Below are positions 17,907-28,001 of a DNA stretch of 64,000 nucleotides, piece after piece; the first letter of the stretch is position 1; every line of letters begins with the position of its first letter. Made by a program: the position numbers and the translations under genes. The notes beneath the pieces were generated by a model. That model saw only the letters and a list, made by a program, of their open reading frames with translations, made no database searches and was not told where the DNA came from. This DNA comes from Candidatus Woesebacteria bacterium RIFCSPHIGHO2_01_FULL_39_32 (lineage in GTDB: Bacteria; Patescibacteriota; Microgenomatia; UBA8517). The DNA is taken from NCBI GenBank assembly GCA_001792345.1, contig MGGJ01000006.1, positions 22,656 to 86,655 of the forward strand, in the 5' to 3' direction.

Positions 17907-19286
17907 TTAGGCTTTTATATATTTATAGCCTTTACCTCTTACAGTACTTAATTTATCCTTAACACCCAACTCATTTAGTTTTTTTCTAAGTTTACTTATC
18001 AACTGATCTATCGCCCAATCGGAATATTTCTCATAGGATTCCTTTCCCCATAAAACAGCACCTGCATCGTCTCTAGTAAGAAGCTTGCCTTCATTTTGTA
18101 AAAACGCGGTCAAAATAGAATATTCCTGTCTAGTAAATCGTTCTTCGACTGTTTTTCCTTTAAAAAGAATTGCACCTGTATTTTCATCTAAATTTAAGTC
18201 GCCATTTGTCTCTGTGCTCGAGTGGGATTCTTTAGGCTCTTCTGTTCCTAAAACGGCGTCCTCAAAAAGTTTTCCAAAAAGATGGTATTGTCCTTTATCG
18301 TCTTTTTTAACAAGACCCAGCTTCTCAAAAAATTTTATATATTCTTTGTGATCTTCAACGTTAAATTCGCTGCCTTTAGCAATTGTTAGGAGTAACTTTC
18401 TCTCTTTATCGCTCCTCACATCTAATATTCCTCTTGAAACAGAACGTAATTCATAATAGTCGAGAAGAAAGTCTTCGAGCTCGTCTCCTGACAAATTATC
18501 ATCTTTGTGTTTGTTTATAACCCTTACGGCTACCTTCAACATATAAGGATGTCCACCACATAATTTTTTTAACACTTGCTTTTGTTTTTCATTAATTTTA
18601 AAAGAGTAGTGCGAAGAAAAATTATCTATCCAATAATCAACGTCTTTATCTTGAGCTAGAGGTACATAAACAATATTTTGTAGTATTGCTTCATTTAATT
18701 CTCCCCATAAAGAAATATTTTCCTTTCTAGTAACTCTCTCCCTCATCAAGAAAATATAGTGGAGTCTGGGGTAAAGCTGACTCCAAAGGCTTTTCAAGTT
18801 ATTGTAGAAAATGGTATTTGCGAAAGTAAGCTCGTCAAACTCCCCTACAAAAAACACTATCTCCAAACCGGAATCTGTTGTCTCTTTGAGGAGGTGTTTT
18901 AAATTTGTAAGTAGTAATGAATAGGTTGCTTTATCATCATCAAATATTTCTGTGTATTTTTGAATCTTATCATTTTTAACATTTTCGTTGTTTGTTGCGA
19001 CCTCAATGAAACTTTTTGCCATTAGTCTTATGTAGCCTGCAAGACTTTCCTCGGTCAGATCAAGAGGTTCTATATAGACTAGAAGGTATTTGTCGTAATG
19101 AGGAAGTTCTTTTTCAAAAAGATAAATATTCTCATTTATAAACTTATTCCACATTCGCCTTCCTGCCATTGGGACCCAAACCGTGGTTACACATTCTCCC
19201 CTTCTCACGGGTGCAAAGATATCCTCTGCATATTTATGCAACGTTTCCGGAGTAACTGGATATAGATACTTATCTTGTGCCGACAT
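17907..19286 (-). CDS. Degenerate STAND/AAA-like domain plus C-terminal OmpR-type wHTH
   Basis: VWVPMAGRR (degenerate Walker A), FFVGEFDE (Walker B-like), LCGGHPY; C-terminal TRQEYSIL...SDWAIDQLISKLRKKL...TVRGKGY. Confidence 0.75.
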   Translation of the reverse strand: MSAQDKYLYPVTPETLHKYAEDIFAPVRRGECVTTVWVPMAGRRMWNKFINENIYLFEKELPHYDKYLLVYIEPLDLTEESLAGYIRLMAKSFIEVATNNENVKNDKIQKYTEIFDDDKATYSLLLTNLKHLLKETTDSGLEIVFFVGEFDELTFANTIFYNNLKSLWSQLYPRLHYIFLMRERVTRKENISLWGELNEAILQNIVYVPLAQDKDVDYWIDNFSSHYSFKINEKQKQVLKKLCGGHPYMLKVAVRVINKHKDDNLSGDELEDFLLDYYELRSVSRGILDVRSDKERKLLLTIAKGSEFNVEDHKEYIKFFEKLGLVKKDDKGQYHLFGKLFEDAVLGTEEPKESHSSTETNGDLNLDENTGAILFKGKTVEERFTRQEYSILTAFLQNEGKLLTRDDAGAVLWGKESYEKYSDWAIDQLISKLRKKLNELGVKDKLSTVRGKGYKYIKA

Positions 19287-19372
19287 ATTAGTTCTGGTAG
19301 AAAATTGAAAGTCAGCTTAGTCAGTTTGCTCAGATTTTACTCAGAAAAGCGTGTTTGGTCAAGAAGATATTC

Positions 19373-20701
19373 TTAAAATAACGAGGTTTGATCAACTTGG
19401 GTTTCTTTTATGAGATCTTCACCTTCTCGCCAGATTTTAACGGTGCCGAAGACTCCGTCAAACCCGGGTTCGATAACAATATCACCACTCCTTACTTTTT
19501 GGACGGTTTCTGAGACGCGCTGTCCCCCAAATCTCTTAATATCGTCGAAAGGAGTTTTAAGAAGAACTGAAAATTCATTTCCGAACTGATTTATTAAAAG
19601 CTCATAAAGTTCCATTACCTTTTGACTTCCTACTCCCAAGTTGAGGGTTTCTGCGATAATCTCTAAAAGGGGTACAAGCATTACATATGGGGATCGAATA
19701 CCCTTTGAATCTTTAACCCACCTTACTCCAAATTTGTCTGTCTCTGCTGTAGTTTCGGAATCGACAGATGCCAGGGTTTCGACTCTGCTCATTACTCCAA
19801 TAGTTAAAGGTCTTCCACAAACAGGGCACGTCAAACCCAATCTGCGAGCGTCATTTGGGGAATAGACAATATTGCACTTACGGTGTCCAGTATAGTGATA
19901 TTTTCCCTCTTCGGGATAAAATTCTATTGTGTAGGCAATTTCCTCCGGTCCCTTTCCCCACAGGGCACGTCCAATTGCATCATAGGATAACTCCTCCAAT
20001 TCAAAAACAGTAGCTTCGCGTCCCAGTTTTTGCGGTGAATGTGCATCTCCAAAAGAAACAATACGCTTATTTGTCAATTCCGCAATTCTCCAATTCATCG
20101 CAGGGTCGCTTGATAATCCGGTCTCCATTGCAGGAATCTTTTTTTCCAAATCTCCAAAACCTTCAGTTAACGTATCGTATCCACTCATTGATCCATAAAA
20201 TCCAAACCACGGCGTCCAAACGTGCGCCGGAATAATTAAAGCCTTTTCGGTTACTTCTAACGCTATTTCTGCAACTTGGGTAAGTGTCAGACCCATAATC
20301 GGTCTTCCATCGGAAAAAAGATTAGCTCCAAAGCTTGTCAGCCCCTGATTGAACTTTTTTACAGAATCAAAACTCGGCAAGAATATCATCATATGCACTC
20401 GTCTTCCTCTCCCCTCATGGGTATACATGCAAGAAACCTCGCTAGTTAACAAAAACCTTACATCATTATATTTGGATTTTGAAATTGGGATTTGGGATTT
20501 GCGGAGTTGAAAAACACCGCTTTCCGCCTCTTCCAAATTCGCCTCAAGTTCCCGAAGCCACATGGGGTGGGTGAAATCCCCGGTTCCAACCAAGCCTATA
20601 CCCTTTTTTTCTGACCATTCTGCAATTATGGGAATCGTCATAGAAGAAGAAACAGCCCGTGCATATTTGGAATGAACCTCAAGATCCGCTACAACTTTCA
20701 T
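19373..20701 (-). CDS. PHP-domain endonuclease Q family protein
   Basis: ADLEVHSKY, GTGDFTHP, PAHVWTPW, ETGLSSD, DAHS, GKYHYTGHRKC, CPVCG, PGFDGVFG. Confidence 0.9.
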   Translation of the reverse strand: MKVVADLEVHSKYARAVSSSMTIPIIAEWSEKKGIGLVGTGDFTHPMWLRELEANLEEAESGVFQLRKSQIPISKSKYNDVRFLLTSEVSCMYTHEGRGRRVHMMIFLPSFDSVKKFNQGLTSFGANLFSDGRPIMGLTLTQVAEIALEVTEKALIIPAHVWTPWFGFYGSMSGYDTLTEGFGDLEKKIPAMETGLSSDPAMNWRIAELTNKRIVSFGDAHSPQKLGREATVFELEELSYDAIGRALWGKGPEEIAYTIEFYPEEGKYHYTGHRKCNIVYSPNDARRLGLTCPVCGRPLTIGVMSRVETLASVDSETTAETDKFGVRWVKDSKGIRSPYVMLVPLLEIIAETLNLGVGSQKVMELYELLINQFGNEFSVLLKTPFDDIKRFGGQRVSETVQKVRSGDIVIEPGFDGVFGTVKIWREGEDLIKETQVDQTSLF

Positions 20702-21676
20702 TTAAACGAATTCTACTATTACGAAGATTAAATACAAGACGAGAAGCAATCCCGCCTCCCACCTGTCGAGCCTACCTTTACTTTTAATAAAAAACCAAAA
20801 AGTCAAAAATATCAAAATGAAAGACATCGCCGCTTCGGTATACTCCTCCAAGGCAACAATTCGAATCGGTGTTATCACTGTAGCGACACCTAAAACAAGC
20901 GTAGAGTTTGCGATAATGGATCCGAGTAAATTGCCAAAAAACATCGTGGGCTCATGATCTTCGATTGCCCGGAAAGAAAAGGCCACCTCCGGTAAAGTAG
21001 TCCCGATTGATATGACTATCAAGCCGACCAAAAGTACCGGAATGTTAGCCAGAAGCGCGAGTTGCTGCGCAACCCGAACTATTGCATCCGCAGAACCCAA
21101 AAGGAGCGCCACACCGATAAACAGCCTGCCGATTTCCTTGCTCTTTGCAGAATCTATGTGATTGAAACGCCTAGTCAGTCTATATATGAAACTGGTTTCC
21201 TCCTGTTGTTCCTTGGCAATTTGCATAAATCTCTTCCGAAAAAGACTCGACGAATATGCCCCGTAAACAGACAAAAGTATCATACCGTCAACTCTGGAAA
21301 GTGTTTTATCTAATACCAAAAAGAGCGGCAGCACACCTGCGATAAGTGCGATAATCACATCTTTCTTTAAAAAGCCACCTTGTACATAAACCTTACCGGC
21401 GAAAAATGCCGATAAACCCGCAACCAGGGATATATTTGCAATATTTGCCCCTAACACATTACCGAAAGACAGGGTAGGAGAACCCTCCAGAGCCGATGTA
21501 ATGGCCACAAAAAGTTCGGGCAGCGAAGTCCCGAGTGCAAGTAGGACTGCAGAAAGTGCAAACACTCCAGTATGCGTAACTTTGCTTATCCGTCGAAGTG
21601 AAACAACAACCATATCCGCTGCTTTAATAAGTACAAACGAAAGAATTAAAATGATAATAATAAGTCCGGGTATCAT
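20702..21676 (-). CDS. Ca2+/Na+ antiporter (YrbG family)
   Basis: GTSLPEL/GNVLGANIAN and GTTLPE/GNLLGS alpha repeats. Confidence 0.93.
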   Translation of the reverse strand: MIPGLIIIILILSFVLIKAADMVVVSLRRISKVTHTGVFALSAVLLALGTSLPELFVAITSALEGSPTLSFGNVLGANIANISLVAGLSAFFAGKVYVQGGFLKKDVIIALIAGVLPLFLVLDKTLSRVDGMILLSVYGAYSSSLFRKRFMQIAKEQQEETSFIYRLTRRFNHIDSAKSKEIGRLFIGVALLLGSADAIVRVAQQLALLANIPVLLVGLIVISIGTTLPEVAFSFRAIEDHEPTMFFGNLLGSIIANSTLVLGVATVITPIRIVALEEYTEAAMSFILIFLTFWFFIKSKGRLDRWEAGLLLVLYLIFVIVEFV

Positions 21677-24150
21677 TTTCTTTTAGTGTGGTCTAATTGT
21701 TCTCTAAAAATATATTTCATAAACTCTATCATTATAAACACAAAGACTCCGGCTGCAAAAATTACTATCCAACTCCCAACCCTGAGGGGATAAAGTCCCA
21801 GAAATTCGCGGGTTGTAGGGAAAACAAAAGGAAATATCTGCATTAGAATTCCTCCCAATACCGCAATATTTAACCACTTATTTTCAAACGGATTCTGCTT
21901 CCAAACAGGTTGTCTTAAGGTGCGTACAGAAAATACAAAAATCAATGAATTTATCCCTAAAGTCGCAAAGGCAACTGATTGGGCCAAAATAATATTTCCG
22001 GTTGTTCTATAAAAGTAAATAAATAATACCAACCCGGTTGTTCCGCCCCAAAGAGAAACAATTAATATTAACTTTTTCATCCAAGAGGCTACCAAAGGTT
22101 CTTGAGAGTTTCTGGGGGAAGCTTGCATAATTTCAGAGCTTCTTGGGTCAATGGTCAATGCTAAATGAGGGAAACCGTCCGATACCAAATTTATCCAAAG
22201 AATTTGTGCAGCCGTAACAGGCAACGGAAGCCCCAACAAAATGCCGCCGATAACTGCAACAATCTCCTCAAAAGCATCGCTCATTAAGTAAAGGACAATT
22301 TTCCTTATATTCTCAAAAATGCCGCGGCCTTCTTCTATGGCAGAAACAATTGTTGCAAAGGAGGAATCGAGAAGTACCAAATCAGCCGATTCCTTTGCAA
22401 CGTCGCTTGCATCCCCTACAACAATTCCGATATCCGCATGTTTCAGAGCAGGTGCGTCATTTACCCCATCCCCCATCATTGCAATCACCTCTTTATTTTC
22501 TTTAAGAGCTCTGACAATTTTGAGTTTTTGGGAAGGTGTGGTTCGTGCAAACAACAATGCATCCGTTGTTTGTAATTTTCTGCGCAAGGTACTAATAGGT
22601 ATTGTTTCAAGTTCACTTCCTAAAATAACATTGTCTTCATCAATATGAATATTGAGATTTTTTAAAACCGAAACCGCAGTCTGTGCATAATCCCCTGTTA
22701 TCACAATTAGTTTTACTCTTGCACTTTTTACTTTCTCGAGCGCATCTTTTACACCTAACCTAATAGGATCCGTAAATGCAACTAACCCAACCCATTCCAA
22801 GTCTCTTTTTACTGCATCGGGAGTTATACCATCCCTCTTTTTACTAACCACTCTTTTTGCCATGCCGACAAGCCGCTTACCTTCTCCGGTTAACCTATCT
22901 ATTTCAACTCTAATTTTTTGCCTCTTTATCTCGGATAACTTAGTCCATTCCAATAAAAACTCCGGCGCTCCGTTCACAAACAAAACTTTCCTGCCGGGTG
23001 AAACGATATTTAGACTCGCAAAAAATCTCTCTTTTGAAGTAAAGGGGATTGAATCAACTCGCTCGTGTTTATCCAAGTATTCGTCAACACCGACACCTTT
23101 CATATCCTTAGTGGTTAAATGTTTATTGGCCCATTCCCACAAAGCAATGACTAGAGGATCGTCCAAGTCGTTGGCTATAAGTGCTTGTTTCGCAATTTCA
23201 ACCTTATCGCCTAATACTTCGACTACCCGCATCTTTCCCTCGGTCAAAGTACCTGTTTTATCAATACAGATAGTGGTTACTCCCCCCAAGGTTTCTGCAG
23301 AAACGAGATTACGAACAAGCCCCTTTTGTTTTAATATTTTTTGCATACCGATCGCCAAAACGACGGTAAGTCCAACCAATAATCCTTCGGGGATAGAAGA
23401 AACGGCTAGAGCAACGCTGGTTGTAAATATTTCTAAAAGCTCACGACCCGAAACCAAACCTACGATAAAAACAAATGCGGTTAAACTAAATACGAGTATT
23501 GTCAATTGGCGACTAAAGTTAACAAGTTGGCGCTTAAGTGGGGTGTCTTCATAGGGTTCTTGAACCTGCAATGCTATTTTTCCTATCTCTGTTTCTTCAC
23601 CTGTAGTTTCAACCAGCAAGATACCGTTTCCTGCAGTTACCACTGTTCCCATAAACGCCTTATCATTCTTCTCCTTCCCCACCGGAACAGATTCGCCTGT
23701 CAATATCGCCTCGGAGATAAACAGATGATTTGCAGACAGTATCTTTCCATCTGCCGGTATTTTATCCCCGGTATTTAATATACATACATCATCGGGAACA
23801 ATACTTTCAACTTCGATTTTCATACGCTCTCCATCCCTTACAACCACTGCTATGGGGTGAATAAGCGCTTTTAATGCAAGAAGTGCCTTACTTGCTCGTC
23901 GCTCTTGGAAAAAACCCAGTACTGTGTTAATTACAACAGCAAAGGAAATAACGGTAGCATCCGTATAATCTCTCAGCATTAATGTAACAATTCCTGCAAA
24001 AAGAAGAATGTAAATAAGGGGGCTTTTAAATTGAGATATAAGGATTGAAAGATCAGATGGAGGAGCAACTTCAGGTAACTTATTGAGTCCAAACTTTTTT
24101 AGACGTAGTTTAGCTTCACTTTCACTTAAACCCGAACTCTTAAGTCGCAT
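21673..24150 (-). CDS. P-type cation-transporting ATPase (Ca2+-type)
   Basis: TGES, IPEGL, DKTGTLT, TGD, GDGVNDAPAL. Confidence 0.96.
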   Translation of the reverse strand: MRLKSSGLSESEAKLRLKKFGLNKLPEVAPPSDLSILISQFKSPLIYILLFAGIVTLMLRDYTDATVISFAVVINTVLGFFQERRASKALLALKALIHPIAVVVRDGERMKIEVESIVPDDVCILNTGDKIPADGKILSANHLFISEAILTGESVPVGKEKNDKAFMGTVVTAGNGILLVETTGEETEIGKIALQVQEPYEDTPLKRQLVNFSRQLTILVFSLTAFVFIVGLVSGRELLEIFTTSVALAVSSIPEGLLVGLTVVLAIGMQKILKQKGLVRNLVSAETLGGVTTICIDKTGTLTEGKMRVVEVLGDKVEIAKQALIANDLDDPLVIALWEWANKHLTTKDMKGVGVDEYLDKHERVDSIPFTSKERFFASLNIVSPGRKVLFVNGAPEFLLEWTKLSEIKRQKIRVEIDRLTGEGKRLVGMAKRVVSKKRDGITPDAVKRDLEWVGLVAFTDPIRLGVKDALEKVKSARVKLIVITGDYAQTAVSVLKNLNIHIDEDNVILGSELETIPISTLRRKLQTTDALLFARTTPSQKLKIVRALKENKEVIAMMGDGVNDAPALKHADIGIVVGDASDVAKESADLVLLDSSFATIVSAIEEGRGIFENIRKIVLYLMSDAFEEIVAVIGGILLGLPLPVTAAQILWINLVSDGFPHLALTIDPRSSEIMQASPRNSQEPLVASWMKKLILIVSLWGGTTGLVLFIYFYRTTGNIILAQSVAFATLGINSLIFVFSVRTLRQPVWKQNPFENKWLNIAVLGGILMQIFPFVFPTTREFLGLYPLRVGSWIVIFAAGVFVFIMIEFMKYIFREQLDHTKRK

Positions 24151-24159
24151 ACTACCATC

Positions 24160-24702
24160 CTACCATAGCTTCTCACGTCTGATACCTTGACCCCTCATTT
24201 TATATTCATCCGCTAAGATACCCCTTCCTCCCGTTTGGATATAACCCACCAAATCGTCCAGTGTTTCCTTGTATCTATCTAGTCCGGCCCATAAACCCAT
24301 GGGGGACCCTAAATAATAAACCCGGGTCATCTTCAATATAATACGTCCCTTATGCTCGTTTCTGAGTAAGTTATTTTCTTTAAAGTCTAAAGCATTCCAT
24401 TTTCCCAATAACTCTTTTAGTTCTTCATTCCTCTCACTTGAAGTTAAGCTTGCTGCTACTTCCTCAGGAATTCCTAAACCTCTTTCTATAAGCCGAAGAG
24501 CGAGCAAATGCCCAAAGGTAACACGTTTTACTTTTCTTTCTGAGGGTACTTTCGTCTCTAGGAACGCTAAAAAACAATCTTTCTCGGGTTTTGACTTCGG
24601 ACCAGATTCCAACCATTCTGTTAATGAAGGAGAAATTTCAATATAGCGTTCCATATCTATCAATCCATTAATAAAATTTATTTGAGTGGAGTTAATATAC
24701 AC
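24160..24702 (-). CDS. Hypothetical protein; start probably at 24654
   Basis: ORF without recognised motifs. Confidence 0.5.
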   Translation of the reverse strand: MYINSTQINFINGLIDMERYIEISPSLTEWLESGPKSKPEKDCFLAFLETKVPSERKVKRVTFGHLLALRLIERGLGIPEEVAASLTSSERNEELKELLGKWNALDFKENNLLRNEHKGRIILKMTRVYYLGSPMGLWAGLDRYKETLDDLVGYIQTGGRGILADEYKMRGQGIRREKLW

Positions 24703-24758
24703 GAATTTAATGCGAAGTACAACTTAATTTACAGTCTCCCAAGACTTAATCAGATTTT

Positions 24759-26489
24759 TTACATTTCGTAGAGTTTTTTGACTTCGGCAACTGTTGTCGC
24801 TTGATCAGGAGACTTGTCATCACGGAAGCGAACTAGACGAGGAAATCGAAGCGCCAGGCCTGCTGAGTGGTTAGGTGACTTAGTAATTTCATCGGCCGCA
24901 ATTTCGACAACCAAGGAAGGCTCAACCCAAAAATCAGGTTGTAGTAGTTTACTCACATCTGCATATTCTTTTGGTTTATCCTTAACTTCCAACCCTGAAA
25001 GGCGTTTTTTAAGTTCTCTAAATTGCTCGTCCGTTAATCCCGTTCCTACCTTTGTAACCGTTTTTATCATTCCACCAGCTGGCGGATCGAGAACCCCAAC
25101 CAAAAACTGACCCAGGCCAAAGCTAACCCTTTTCCCCCTACCGGCCGAGTATCCCATGACTACACAATCTATGGTATCTGCCAGTTTTCCGGAAGCTGCT
25201 TCTTCTTCCTTCATCTTTACCCAACGCCAGCCAGTTCTTCCAGGAATATAGGCTGTATCGTATTTTTTGACTATAACTCCTTCCAAACCAGCTTTAATTT
25301 TTTCTCGATATTCGCGATTTATTATCTCGGGATTATCCGTTACGACTGCGTCATCAACTATTAGAAGCTTGTCATCAAGAATCGTCTTTTTAAGAATCTC
25401 TCTTCGTTCAAAATAAGGCCTATCCATAAAACTCTTACCATCCCTGAAAATAATATCAAACACCTGAAATTTTAAAGGAATACTTTTTGCTTTTTCTTCG
25501 ATATCGTATTTTCTGCGCCTTTGCATTGTCGTTTGGAAATTAGCCATCTTTACCATCTCCGGATCCATTCCCACGGCTTCGGTATCAAGAATCAGTTCCT
25601 TGGCGTTTACATGTTTACCGATTCCCTTGAGCTCGGAAAACATTTCAACTACGTTATTTAAGTTTCTTGTAAAAGCGCTGATTTCTTCCCTTGCACCAAC
25701 CTTTTTGTAGTGGATCAAAACCCTTAAGCCATCAAATTTGGGTTCTACAAAAACTTTTCCCATTTTTTTAATCATTTCAGTTGGACTTTTAATCCTTTGT
25801 GCAAGCATGGGAAGAACAGGAACCCCAACTACAGGTTTAATATTCTCAGAAGCTTTATCAATTCCAAACTGCTTAACTTTTTTTGCTAAAAACCCTACAT
25901 CAGGTACAACTTGGTATGCTTTTTCCAGCTTTGCTTTTTTGCTTTTGTCCCCTACCTCCATCCAACTCAAAGCATCAAGAATTGTTTTATCGCTAAACCC
26001 AAGTCTCAAGCGACCTACTGGAATCCTCGCAACAAAACGTGAAGATTGCGAATCAAGCTCCGACAAAAGCTTTGCCATTCCTTCAATTTTTCTTTCAACA
26101 CTCTTCTCGCCCTCATCTTTAGCTATCTCTGAAAGTCTTTCAAAAACATCAGTAACCGAAAGTTTTGACCTTTGCACTTTGCCCTTTTCCCTTTGTGCGA
26201 GCACACTCGCAGTATTACCAAGATCTCCTTCTCTCTTATAAACCTGTTGTACTTTTTTCTGCTCAAGTCCATAAGCCTTAGCGAGTACTCCAATCATCAT
26301 TCGCTCGGCTAAATTAAAAACAATTCCTTTATAGGCTGGTGCTAAGCTTCCCAAAAGAAGATAAGTAATCTTGTCTACTTCAGTATTTGAGGCCTTTTTA
26401 TAAAGTTCAGCTAAAATCTTTGTTATCTCGATTCGTGAAGAAGTTCTCTCTAATTTTTCAAGGAATGAAGATAGCTCAGCAAATGTCAT
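24759..26489 (-). CDS. lig: ATP-dependent DNA ligase
   Basis: EPKFDG adenylation motif, EGVIVK, WVKMK, KVGTG, LRFPR. Confidence 0.96.
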   Translation of the reverse strand: MTFAELSSFLEKLERTSSRIEITKILAELYKKASNTEVDKITYLLLGSLAPAYKGIVFNLAERMMIGVLAKAYGLEQKKVQQVYKREGDLGNTASVLAQREKGKVQRSKLSVTDVFERLSEIAKDEGEKSVERKIEGMAKLLSELDSQSSRFVARIPVGRLRLGFSDKTILDALSWMEVGDKSKKAKLEKAYQVVPDVGFLAKKVKQFGIDKASENIKPVVGVPVLPMLAQRIKSPTEMIKKMGKVFVEPKFDGLRVLIHYKKVGAREEISAFTRNLNNVVEMFSELKGIGKHVNAKELILDTEAVGMDPEMVKMANFQTTMQRRRKYDIEEKAKSIPLKFQVFDIIFRDGKSFMDRPYFERREILKKTILDDKLLIVDDAVVTDNPEIINREYREKIKAGLEGVIVKKYDTAYIPGRTGWRWVKMKEEEAASGKLADTIDCVVMGYSAGRGKRVSFGLGQFLVGVLDPPAGGMIKTVTKVGTGLTDEQFRELKKRLSGLEVKDKPKEYADVSKLLQPDFWVEPSLVVEIAADEITKSPNHSAGLALRFPRLVRFRDDKSPDQATTVAEVKKLYEM

Positions 26490-26501
26490 AGCAGTTTCAA
26501 G

Positions 26502-26597
26502 GATACCACGGATTTTAACTCGTGGAGGAATTGAACCTGATATATCATCCTCGCTCAGGCGTGAAACCGTAGATTTCTGATCTGCGGAGGATGTTAT
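26502..26597. mobile_element. IS200/IS605-derived miniature palindromic element remnant
   Basis: CCACGGATTTTAACTCGTGG hairpin plus ATCCTC...CCGTAGAT..ATCTGCGGAGGAT hairpin; non-coding. Confidence 0.45.
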
Positions 26598-26626
26598 TTG
26601 GGTTAATTATACACCTGAAATATGAC

Positions 26627-26836
26627 TCAAACTGGTACTTGTTGGGTTAGATAATTTGAGAAGAAAATATAGGCAAAAATAACTACAGCGATAAAAATAA
26701 TTCCAAATACAATACTTATAATTCCTCCCGATTCCTCGTGCATGATTTTATTGAGTCCGTCGCCAACAAGAGTAAGTCCAAATAAACTTGGAAGTACTAA
26801 AATCATATATAAAAATTGTGGATCTGTTGGCGTCAT
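26627..26836 (-). CDS. Small two-TM membrane protein
   Basis: Two hydrophobic helices; directly downstream of the Fic gene. Confidence 0.6.
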   Translation of the reverse strand: MTPTDPQFLYMILVLPSLFGLTLVGDGLNKIMHEESGGIISIVFGIIFIAVVIFAYIFFSNYLTQQVPV

Positions 26837-26843
26837 TATAATG

Positions 26844-27911
26844 CTACCTACTTGCGATTATATACCTAGATGCTTTTGTTTTTCCCTCCTTTTTTATTAT
26901 ACCTTTATCCATTAAGTCAGAAAGATCTCGTAAAACCGTATCTTCAGAGACCATAGGAAAGATAGATCTCAAGTCTTGCATTATTCCCGAACCAACCTCG
27001 GATAGATATTCTATTAGTTTCATTTGACGTTGAGTTAATGCAACTTGTTCTCCGATTTTTAACTTTAAACGGGAATCAATCGAAAGTTTTCTGACTAATT
27101 CTTTGATTTTATTAAGTTCAACTGCGACAACTTGTGTGAAGTAAGTTAACCAAGCTGTTATATCTCTTGCTGCGATATTTTTCGATTGTTTATCTACTTC
27201 GGCTAAGGCTTCATAATAACTTCCCGGATCGGAATCAAAATGCTCCTCTAAAGAAAAAAAGCGCTTAATGTTATATCCTTCTCTCATCAAAATAAGGCTG
27301 GCAAAAGCTCGAATCGTACGGCCGTTTCCCTCAACAAAAGGGTGAATTGAAACTAAGATATAGTGGGATATCCCCGCCCGAATTATCGGGTGAACATCTT
27401 TTGCTTCTTCGGAATTTAGCCATTCAAAAAAATCTTCCAGCAGATATGGTACTTCGATGGCTGGCGGAGGTTGAAGAATTACCGTTCCTGTTGATTCCTC
27501 TCTGATTATGACCTGAGTTTTTCTTAGAGTACCAACTTTTTCTTGGGAGACAATTTTGTTGACTGTTTCTTTATGAATGTCCAGTAAGCTTTCAACATCA
27601 TAACCTCCTCTCTTTACAGCAAGCTCATCCAACAAGCTCATAACATTTCTGTAATTAATTACTTCCTGAATATCTCTGTCATGAGCAACAACCTCCTCCC
27701 CCTCCAAAACCTTCTTTACCTCGTCCAAGTTCGACAAACCAACGCCCTCAATATGGGTTCCATGGTGGACAGTTCTGGCTAAAGCCTCGCTTCTAAATTG
27801 TTTTTCGTAATAAGGGACAAGGGGTGCATTCTCGATAACTTCCTTCGCAGCTTCGATTGCACCGATATTTTTGAGGATTTTATTAGTAATTTCGAACTTT
27901 GGAGTGTACAT
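26844..27911 (-). CDS. Fic family protein with C-terminal wHTH
   Basis: HPFVEGNGRT Fic motif; THIEG inhibitory-helix-like motif. Confidence 0.93.
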   Translation of the reverse strand: MYTPKFEITNKILKNIGAIEAAKEVIENAPLVPYYEKQFRSEALARTVHHGTHIEGVGLSNLDEVKKVLEGEEVVAHDRDIQEVINYRNVMSLLDELAVKRGGYDVESLLDIHKETVNKIVSQEKVGTLRKTQVIIREESTGTVILQPPPAIEVPYLLEDFFEWLNSEEAKDVHPIIRAGISHYILVSIHPFVEGNGRTIRAFASLILMREGYNIKRFFSLEEHFDSDPGSYYEALAEVDKQSKNIAARDITAWLTYFTQVVAVELNKIKELVRKLSIDSRLKLKIGEQVALTQRQMKLIEYLSEVGSGIMQDLRSIFPMVSEDTVLRDLSDLMDKGIIKKEGKTKASRYIIASR

Positions 27912-27960
27912 TAAGATAATATTACCGCAACTCCTGCGGAAAAAACAACCCCTCTATGAA

Positions 27961-27991
27961 GTCTACACTGAGTTGATCGAAGTGCTCAGGG
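27961..27991. repeat. REP-like palindrome (CTGAG..CGAAG family)
   Basis: ACACTGAGTTGATCGAAGTGCTCAGG; related copies at 45744, 45815 and 48543. Confidence 0.55.
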
Positions 27992-28001
27992 CAAGTTTTT
28001 C

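Noticed and set aside
22319-26241. Long antisense ORFs (e.g. 22862..23554, 25738..26241)
   Set aside because: Opposite-strand shadows of the P-type ATPase and ligase; the same applies to 58609..59103 and similar track entries
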